This document shows, piece after piece, positions 51,076-61,085 of a stretch of 64,000 nt of DNA; positions within the stretch are counted from its first letter, which is position 1; each line of letters opens with the position of its first letter. The notes under the pieces are model-generated. The model saw only the letters and a list, made by a program, of their open reading frames with translations, was not told the origin of the DNA and searched no databases. Source of the stretch: Octopus vulgaris (taxonomy: Eukaryota). The stretch covers positions 63,426,001 through 63,490,000 of the forward strand of contig OX597823.1 in the NCBI GenBank assembly GCA_951406725.2, read 5' to 3'. The position numbers were made by a program, and so were the translations under genes.

Positions 51076-51232
51076 TATAAATATATGTATAAATATATGT
51101 ATAAATATATGTACAAGTGCAAACAAGGGAGACAGAGAAAGGCAGAATGCCACTTATATTTGAACACTATACAAATATTCCTTTAAAAAAACTTTTCTTT
51201 TAATTTTTCTAAATTTAATTATTTAATCGTTA

Positions 51233-51271
51233 CAGTTGAAAAGGTCTCAAAATGACCCGAAACCGGTACTG
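51233..51271 (+). ncRNA. Hammerhead-like motif with U3-A8 core
   Basis: CAG-TTGAAAA-GGTC(TCAAAAT)GACC-C-GAAA-CCGGTA-CTG; (TA)n ~60 nt downstream. Confidence 0.6.
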
Positions 51272-51327
51272 AAATGTTCTTTATAAAATTAATTTAGCAT
51301 TTTCTATTTTGACTTGTTTTTTTTTTC

Positions 51328-51416
<89 letters not shown>

Positions 51417-51667
51417 GGAATATTATTATTATATTATTATTATTTTTTTGTTTTGTTTTATATTTTATATTTTATATTTTATATTTTATATTTTATATTT
51501 AATTGTTGATAGGTTTATTTTAGTTTATATATTGTTTATATATTGATTATATATGGATTATATATAGGTTATATATGGATTATATATTTATATTTTTTCA
51601 TTCATACTTTAATTATTTTAAAATTATTATTTGTATATTTTAAAATATTGATATTTTAGATTGAAGT

Positions 51668-51710
51668 CCACCTGAAGATTGTCGATCAAGACAAGAAACG
51701 ATTGTAGTGG
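51668..51710 (+). ncRNA. Minimal type-I hammerhead ribozyme motif
   Basis: CCAC-CTGAAGA-TTGTC(GATCAA)GACAA-GAAA-CGATT-GTA-GTGG; in module 51414-51805 bracketed by (TA)n. Confidence 0.85.
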
Positions 51711-51797
51711 CGGTTTTTTTGACTATTTATTAAAATTTTATGTATTGATTAAGTCTTTCCTTGTTTGTTTTACAAAATAGTGGTTTTGTCTCTAATA

Positions 51798-51864
<67 letters not shown>

Positions 51865-51957
51865 TTGTGTTGTGTCTGGGGAGAGTCATTCTGTCTTAAC
51901 GCCTTATTAATTAACACACTCACCGGTTCGATTTCCATTCATTTACTTATTTATTTT

Positions 51958-52036
51958 TTCTAAAATTTTCGTTGCTTCTTGAAACCTCTTCAAACGACTG
52001 TTGAAGAGGTTGCAAGAAGCAACGAAAATTTTAGAA
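51958..52036. repeat. 36-bp-arm hairpin made of two head-to-head hammerhead-like motifs
   Basis: Right arm CTG-TTGAAGA-G-GTTGC(AAGAA)GCAAC-GAAAA-TTT-TAG. Confidence 0.7.
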
Positions 52037-52412
52037 TGTATGTATGTATGTATGTATGTATGTATGTATGTATGTATGTATGTATGTATGTATGTATGTA
52101 TGTATGTATGTATGTATGTATGCATGCATGTATGTATGTATGCACGCTTGAATATTATTTTAGTGTATTTTATTGCGGGTGAGAGGCATGGAGATGAATC
52201 ACTAATACTGAATTTAGATGGAAATATTTTACGTAGACAAATAGATAGCTAGATAAATAAATAGATGCAGAGATGCATACATTCATACAGACATAAACAT
52301 ACATACATACATACATACATACATACATACATACATACATACATACATACATACATACATGCATACGTACGTACATACATACATACATTCATACATACAT
52401 ACAGACATACAT

Positions 52413-52800
52413 AAAGGGGTGCTGGTGGAATGTCCCAGTGAAGACCTTAATAAGATGCAAGTACAACAGACCTGATATAATGATTTGGGATTGGGAAGAG
52501 AAACTGTACAGTTGTGGAAATTAGCTGCTTAGTGGATGTTAACATAAAGCTGAAGATCAGTGAAAAAGAGAACACCTATGCTGAACTATTAAGAAATCTA
52601 CAGTTACTCTATTCGGATTACAAATTCACGTTTATACTTGTAATTACTGGGGCCCTGGGATATGTAACACACTGCATAAATACCAATCTTGAGAAATTAG
52701 GCTTCTCAAAACCAGAAAGGAGAAAGCTAATTCGAAGACTGCAGATCCTATCAATCACTGGAACTGTAAAAATCTGTATAACTTTCTAGAAGTTAATCAT
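52413..52800 (+). mobile_element. RLE-type non-LTR retrotransposon 3' fragment embedded in (CATA)n
   Basis: WWNVPV..CKYNRPDIMIWD...VEISC...EKENTY...ITGALG (PD-(D/E)xK-type endonuclease). Confidence 0.75.
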
Positions 52801-53819
52801 TTAAATATATATGAGCATGTCTAGATATGCAAACTGTATGCATGAGACTACATACATGAAGCAAAACATACAAATCTGCACATATACATTCGTACATACA
52901 TACATACATACATACACACATACATACATACCTACATACATACAAACAAATATACCCGGTTGTTGATGTGGAAATTCCATTGAAGGAGTCTTGGATCTAG
53001 GTTAGAAACTGACTCTTTCTCAATTGGCAAGAAATCTTGAAATAAAACTGAACAATGACATACATATAAAGGTACGTGTGTGTTTGTATACATGTATGCA
53101 TACTGGTAAGTATATATGTATATGTATGTAGGTGCACATGTGTACATACGTATATAATATATACCTGAATGTATGCGTATAGGTGTGTGTGTGTGTGTGT
53201 GTGTATGTGTGTGTGTGTGTGTTTGCGTGCGTCGTGCTTTCGTGCGTGCCTGCGTACATGTGCGTGTGCCTTCCTTTTCGTGATTCTGTGTTAGTGCAAC
53301 GTTAAGTTAGTTAATAGACTTATTGAAACTGACTTCATGAGCATATAAGCTCCTTATTTTCTGGATGAGGCCATTGGGTACATGTTTCAAATCGTCAGTC
53401 AAATAGTTGATATATATATATATGAATAATAGAATGATTATTGTTTCCTAGGAGAACTGATAGTTGAGTTTAACGTAGTGGAAAATTACGAATACACGCT
53501 ATGATTATTATCATGTAATGATGCACTAGTCAATTTTGAGTTAATGAAAAGAATTATGTATCATAAACTCGCTGCGTGGTATAATCTAACTTATTTAATC
53601 AGTGTTTGTAGCCGTCTGGAAAATTATTCCATCACTTTGTACACCCACATATTCTTGGCGCTTATAAATATATAATACGCTATAACTAAAATTCTTTGTA
53701 AGCGTAGCTAGTCAAAATTAACGAAGTTCGCTTATATTCTGTCATGTTTTAACAATAAGAAATATGATAAACAAATTTAATTAACATGACCCCATATTGT
53801 AACTTTTAGTCACAAATGC

Positions 53820-54036
53820 TCTTTTACTCTTTTACTCTTTTACTTGTTTCAGTCATTTGATTGCGGCCATGCTGGAGCACCGCCTTTTAGTCGAGCAAAT
53901 CGACCCCGGGACTTATTCTTTGTAAGACCAGTACATATCCTATCGGTCTCTTTTGCTGAACCGCTAAGTGACGGGGACGTAAACACACCAGCATCGGTTG
54001 TCAAGCAATGCTAGGGGGACAAACACAGACACACAA

Positions 54037-54093
<57 letters not shown>

Positions 54094-54245
54094 TACGACA
54101 GACTTCTTTCAGTTTCCGTCTACCAAATCCACTCACAAGGCATTGGTCGGCCCGGGGCTATAGCAGAAGGCACTTACCCAAGATGCCACGCAGTGGGACT
54201 GAACCCGGAACCATGTGGTTGGTTAGCAAGCTACTTACCACACAT
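53820..54245 (-). mobile_element. SINE family B
   Basis: Matches 38561-38996. Confidence 0.88.
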
Positions 54246-54355
54246 CCACGTTTTTTAAAAAACTGTTTCTTCCTTAGCAACAGTCACTGCAGTTATTAAT
54301 CTGAATGAGGTAGATCGTAGTAATATCGCTGCAAATCCATTCAAGATTATATAAC

Positions 54356-54558
54356 TATTTCTTTACTACCCACAAGGGGATAAACACAGAGGGGACAAAC
54401 AAGGACAGACAAACGGATTAAGTCGATTATATCGACCCCAGTGCATAACTGGTACTTATTTTTATCGACCTCGAAAGGATGAAAGGCAAAGTCGACCTCG
54501 GCGTAATTTGAACTCAGAACGTAACGGCGGACGAAATACCGCTAAGCATTTCGTCCGA
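54356..54558 (-). mobile_element. SINE family A with 18-bp TSD
   Basis: TSD cattcaagattatataac at 54338 and 54559. Confidence 0.9.
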
Positions 54559-55043
54559 CATTCAAGATTATATAACATCAACATAAATTATACATTAAGA
54601 ACTATACAGAGGATATGCGACAGAAGACTTGTAAAAGCAACATCTAAATTTTGAAAACTTGACACATGCCTTCATGGAGCCTGTGCATGCATACACATAT
54701 ACATACATACATACATCTTTTGTTCATGTGTGTGTGTGTGTGCGTGTGTAAACAGACGAAGACACGACACCAACGCTGATGCATATGACACCTCCACCAC
54801 TAATCTCAATGATGACTGTATCTCATGTGCTGGAACCCAAGAACGTGAATCATAGGCTGGGGTCGTATACTGCGCATCACAAGCAGGGCCATTTGTGCTG
54901 TTCAGTGACTCAAAAGCTAGAGGTCTGTTACATGACTCGTAAACTTGTGAGCTAGGTCATGATACATTAGCTGAGACAGATCGCAGCGCTTTGACTGAAC
55001 CTCTAAACTGTGACATATAGGATTGGGCATTAGACCGTGACTT

Positions 55044-55085
<42 letters not shown>

Positions 55086-55696
55086 TGGGGACATGCGCTT
55101 TAACAGCGCGTCGCTGTATCCACTATTTATTGGAGATTCCCTACGCCTGACGGATGACATCATTGCACCACTCAGGCGCACCCGCAACCCATAGGTCTGT
55201 TTGGGTGGTCATCACTGGTGTGGGTCTTACGAGGTCGGAGGGCAACTCCTAGCGCAATCTCTTGTAGTCGCTTTTTACGACACGCAGAGGAAACGGTGGA
55301 TTTATTGTTTGATATGGCAGTCCCCACACAACACTAGAGAAATGTGAGTGTTTTGCTCAAGAATACAACACGCCATCCAGACGACCAGGCCGGGAATCGA
55401 ACCCGTGATCCGGCGATTGTGGGTGAAATACCTTGACCACTAGGCCACGTGCCTTCATATGACTCATAATGCATACACGCATACATACATACATACATAC
55501 AGACGACCAGGCCAGGAATCGAACCCGTGATCCGGCGATTGTGGGTGAAACACCTTGACCACTAGGCCACGTGCCTTCATATGAATCATAATGCATACAC
55601 GCATACATACATACATACATACATACATACATACATACATACATACATACATACACATACACACATATCTCTTTTATCTCTTAATTTCTAAACCAG

Positions 55697-56016
55697 GTGA
55701 AGATGCATTGTTAGTGGTTAGGTATTCGGCTCACGAATACCTAACCATGAGTTCGATTCCCAGTAGCGTGTTGTGTCCTAGAACAAGACACTTTATTTCA
55801 CGTTTCTCTATTCCACTCAGCTGGTAAAAATGAGTAGTACCTGAATTTCAAAGGGCCAGCCTTGACTCTGTGTCATGCTGAATCTCCCTGAGAACTACGT
55901 TAAAGGTTCACGTGTCTGTGGAGAGCTCAGCCACTTGCACGCTAATTTCACGCGTAGTCTGTTCCGTTGATCGGATTATCTGGAACCATCGTCGTCATAA
56001 TCGATGGTATGTCAGT
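55697..56016 (+). mobile_element. SINE family C (duplicated minus-strand heads nearby at 55320-55578)
   Basis: tagtggttagg A-box, gagttcgattcc B-box, CORE-like box. Confidence 0.78.
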
Positions 56017-56280
56017 TTTACACCCCCCCACACACACACGCGGACATACACACACGATATTGAACATAGCGTTTTCTGATAAAATCAATTTCTGTACAAA
56101 TGTATACAACAGATTTTGGTTTAATTTTATAAAGAGAGCCTCAACATTAACTGAATATACCACACACATCATTGATGGGGGGCCAACGATAACGTCTCTT
56201 CGTGGTTTACTTACCTGTTAGAAACAGTTAAAATAAATCTCCCTCACCACAATCCTGATGGGATTCTCGATCCTCTATGC

Positions 56281-56614
56281 CAAAGGTTCTCAACCGCCCA
56301 CCTTTTTTTTTATCCATTGACCCCTTTGATTACTATTTTATTCTGGTGGGCCCCCGTAGCCATTCACTGTTTAAAAATTAGATTTATTGATACCTCTTTC
56401 AAAATTCCAGTTTTGCTTTACGCATTTTCACTTGTGTAGGTTTGCAATAACACTCGCTGAGAGAATATGTTTGAGTGGCTGGAAACATGTAAAATTTAGC
56501 TGTTTCTAGCAATAAATACATCTAAAGCAGAATATTTTCATGAACCCTTAAAATATATTGTGGATACCCAATTCCCTATTTTGTTTGCGTGGTCCCCCAA
56601 GTTGAGAACTACTG
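56281..56614. mobile_element. hAT-type MITE with 8-bp TSD
   Basis: TIR caaaggttctcaac / gttgagaactactg; TSD ctctatgc at 56273 and 56615. Confidence 0.85.
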
Positions 56615-56920
56615 CTCTATGCTTAAAACGTTGTGTGCTATTGTAACAACTAGGGAACAATACAAGTGGGTCTGTCTGTTCTGTTCATAACTGTCCTGAA
56701 GTTAAAATTGCTATGGTTGTTAGTATCACTCTTTCGCCGGACTAACACATAACAGTCAGTCTTATATGTGCTGTTGTTCTTGTTGTCTAACAAGAGATAA
56801 GCCTTGGCTGCACAGACCTATTAACTAAGAGTAAGAAGAGGGATAGCTGTTATTTACCGGGCGTAGCCTTGAAGTATGTGGCATTATTTTCTGGTCTATC
56901 ATATCTCCTAATAAAGGTGT

Positions 56921-57181
56921 GGTGGAGGCGCGTGGCTTGGTGGTTAGGGTGTCAGCATCATGATCGTAAGATTGTGGTTTCGATTCCTGGACCGGGTGAC
57001 GCGTTGTGTTCTTGAGCAAAACACTTCATTTCACGTTGCTCCAGTCTACTCAGATGGCAAAAATGAGTAACGCTGCGATGGACTGGCGTCCCGTCCAGCT
57101 GGGGAACACATACGCCATAGAAACCGGAAAACTGGGCCCATGAGCCTGGCTAGGCTTTAAAAGGGCACATCTATTTATTTT
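56921..57181 (+). mobile_element. SINE family C with 12-bp TSD
   Basis: TSD taataaaggtgt at 56909 and 57182; tRNA-like head. Confidence 0.88.
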
Positions 57182-57434
57182 TAATAAAGGTGTAAGCATC
57201 AAAATGGGTTTTGTTCTGAGTACTGAAAGCCTTCATTATGTCATTGTCTACGAACAAAGGTATTCCAGCCATGATCATCCAGGTTTTTTAAGTCAAAGAA
57301 ATTGCATGTCTAGTGCAACAATATTCAGAGTTTCCTTTCGCTTACAAAATGATCAGATAATAAGTTGTAAGATATATCGTTACCATTTCTAGCTTGTTGA
57401 GTAGCCACATATAGGTACTCGCTGTATTTGTGAA

Positions 57435-57634
57435 CGAGGAGATGTCGAAAAGTTCCTGGCTTTGGGTAAAAGAAAATACAAGAGGATCATGAGTTTATTC
57501 GATATATTCCTCTCTCAAATTCTTCAGGCCCCTCACTTTTTCCAAACCCTGTATAAGAACTTGGAAGGTTGGGTGGGTTTCCATCTAGGCCTTTCGCGAC
57601 ACCCTTGAGCCAGAAATATTTCAGCACCTCCTCG
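57435..57634. mobile_element. Mariner-like MITE
   Basis: cgaggag..gaaaagttcctggct / agccagaaatatttcagcacctcctcg-TA; same family as 47711. Confidence 0.7.
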
Positions 57635-58432
57635 TATTTATTTCTTTGTCAAAATATTTCCTTATACGAAATGTTCTATTTTAATTATGGTTAATTGAAG
57701 AACATTAAAAAAACAGAAAAAGTAAATGAAATGTGATCTTTTTTTTTTTTTGTTTCATTTTTGCTGTATCACCATTTTTGACTGCGACAGACGATGTCTC
57801 GGCTGATGGTAGCTCCACCCAAGAAAGGTGGCCTGGCTGTGAAACCTCTACCCCCAACACCACAGGACGCACTGGATATATGTCTACGCGAGTGTGTCTG
57901 CACTATAAATATGTATGTATGTATTTATGTATGTATGTATGTATATATAGAGAGAGAGTAAAGAGAAGGAGAGACAGAGAAAGAGCACATGGTGAATTGG
58001 GATCCGTGTGCCTGTATATGTGTTTGGGTATGTGTTTGTGTGTGTAATATAACATAGTATATATGCGCATGAGTATGCATACGCACAAAGGCAAACGCAT
58101 ATCTCATATGTATGTGTATGTGTGGTGTATGTATGTATGTATGTATACTAATTCAGCATGTGCGCAGTGAAATTCAATGGACGGACCTTCCACCAAAATT
58201 ATAGAAACTTAATATCCTTGCGAAGATCTTATACTGAAGAAACGGGTCGTTAATGAGTTAAGAACAGAAGGAGCAAAGAGAAGGGTGGAGGAGATCGAGA
58301 ACTAAGAAGGAGTAACATTAGGAAAGGGAAAGGGGGACGATGACTGCGAAAGAGAAGAAGAAGAAGAAGACGAAGAAGAAGAAGAAGAAGAAGAAGAAGA
58401 AGAAGAAGAAGAAGAAGAAGAAGAAGAAGAAG

Positions 58433-58463
<31 letters not shown>

Positions 58464-59533
58464 CAACTGGAAAAAATTTGTCATGCAGATTAATTTGAGT
58501 AATTTATTATAAACAAAAAGAATAACACTAGCAGCAAGAGCAACAACAAATCCTTCTCAAATTCGCCATTGTTCGGATATGTATATGGTGTTGATGAACG
58601 AGTGCATAAAAATAAAGGAGAACCCAAACCCTAGAAATGATAGATGTATTGATGCTCGAGCTTCCATTTTGATATGTATCACACTTGAACTGGGAGTGGA
58701 AGGAATGAGGTGACATTCATCTGAGCGATAAGGCAGGCCAACGAAGGAGAGATGTATGTAAACAATCGTCTTACTAGAAATAGCAGTCATATCTGTCCCA
58801 AAGCTCAATTTACCGTCTTAAAAATGCTATGTATGTAATATCAGGAATATGATACGCGAGAAAAAAAATGCTATTGTTTCTGGTTTAAGTGCAAGGCTAG
58901 CAATTTTGGAGGGGAGTGGGTTAGTCGATTATATTGGTCTCTTTGCTTGACTGGCATTAGCTTTTCTCGACTCTGCGAAAGAATGAAACACAAAGCTGAC
59001 CTAAGCGAGATTGGAGCTCAGAGTGTTAAATCTAACCCTAACCCTAAAACTGGGGACATATGTACTTTGCATGGTACCCTAACGACTCCGACAGCTCGAG
59101 AGTGAACGTTGATAAAATGTCTTTAATCATAGGCCTGCCCCTTCGTGACTGGCCTGGGGGCTAATCACTAGCAATATGTGGTGGTCACCGTAATGAGGCC
59201 TTTCGAAAATTGTGGTGGCTGTGTGAATATGAGCTGGAGTCAAGAACAAAGGTAGATTGGTGGTCAACATTAGTGGAGTTGAGGGGACTTGCATGCATGG
59301 GCAAGTACTGGTCTTACATAAAAAATAGATTTTTAAAAAAAATAATCTGATGAAAATTTCAAAAGCTTCAAGAGGCTGGAAAGCATTTAACAAGATCTTT
59401 CTAAAATAGTAAACAGTTCTTGTTGCTGTTTAGCTTCAGCTCAATTCTAATGTAGCAGAAATAAACCAAAGTCATTTCGATCTCGTGAACATTTCTTCTT
59501 TATGTCTACGAACGACTGCCACCGCCGCCGCCG

Positions 59534-59593
<60 letters not shown>

Positions 59594-60229
59594 ATACTAC
59601 TACTACTACTGCTACTGCTGCTGCTGCTGCTGCTGCTATTCATTAGTTCTCTATTTAATAAATATGTGTTGTGCTAGTATAGCATACAATGGCACCAAGA
59701 TAATTGGAATGGTGTATCCATGACAATGTGTATTTTTTCGTGGGACAATGAAATTTTTGTTGTTGTTCACGCCATCGTCAATGCTGTAGTTGTTGTTTGG
59801 CCCCAAATAAAGCAAACACCATATTCAGACATTCTTCAGCTTTGTTTGACCGGCAATTTTAAAACAACGTAGGTTTCTTGGTCAAAGGTATGTAAAGACA
59901 ACGAGCTGGCAGAATCGTTAGAGTGTCGGACAAAATACCTTCTGGTAGTTTAATTCTTGCCGGGTCAACTTCACCTTTCATCCCATAAAATAAAGTTCCA
60001 GTCAAGTACAAGGAAGATGGTATCAATTAACCTTATTCCTTCGAAATTGCTGGTTTTGTGCCTAAATTAGAAACCATTATCTAGTGCAAGAGTAGGGTGG
60101 GGTGGGTCGATTGGCAGTGGTGTCGATACGTCTAACAGAGCGCTTTATTATGGCTTTTTGCGTTCAGAGTTCATCTTTGCAAAAGAATAAGTTCCTTGGA
60201 GCTCGTACTCTGATTGGTTTTTGTGAAAG

Positions 60230-60273
60230 CACCGCTTGAAGAATTTTTTAGCTGAATGAATCGAATCCAGTAC

Positions 60274-60320
<47 letters not shown>

Positions 60321-60466
60321 TTGTTAAGCCTGGTACTTATTCTATCGGTGTTTTTTGCCGAACCGCTAAGTTACAGGGACATAAACAGACCAAAAGTGGT
60401 TATCAAGCGGTAATGGGGGATAAACACAGACACAAAGACACACACACATACACACACACACACACA

Positions 60467-60504
<38 letters not shown>

Positions 60505-60680
60505 TACGCACACGCATACATATGAATGGTGGGCTTCTTTCAGTTTCCGTCTTCCATATCCGACTCTGGTTGGTCCAAGCGTATAATAGAAGACACTTGC
60601 CCAAGGTGCCGCAAAGATGGACTGAATCTGAAACCATATGGCAGGGAAGCTCGCCGCTTACCACACAGCCACGCCTGCAA
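60230..60680 (-). mobile_element. SINE family B, diverged
   Basis: Matches 38561-38996. Confidence 0.8.
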
Positions 60681-61085
60681 GCAAGCTTTTCTTTAGATTA
60701 TTCATCTTAGTCACTTTCGGATATTTGGGATAGACCCACTTCTGAAATTTTATTTTTTCTGATACATCATTTTAATATGGGTTCTACTGGAAGAACAGGA
60801 AGATGCGCCAATAACATATGAAATAGTACTGGATACACAAATCCCCGCTAAAATTATACCCTCGTGTTTCTGTAAACGAATGAATTACTAGAGACCCGGA
60901 CTAAATACTCACGGGGTTTTCTTACGTTTCTTACTGACTGTTATCCAAATTTCTTCCGAGCCAACTCGTGTTCTTCCATTCTTCTGGGTTTAATAAAATA
61001 ACCAGCAATCGGGTGTCATGTCTATTAAACCACCGATTCCTCTTCACAACATCAGAATGTTTCGTCTTGTGCCATAATTTCGAAA

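Noticed and set aside
59342-59372. CTGATGA...AAAAGCTTC
   Set aside because: No GAAA and helix I does not pair; chance match
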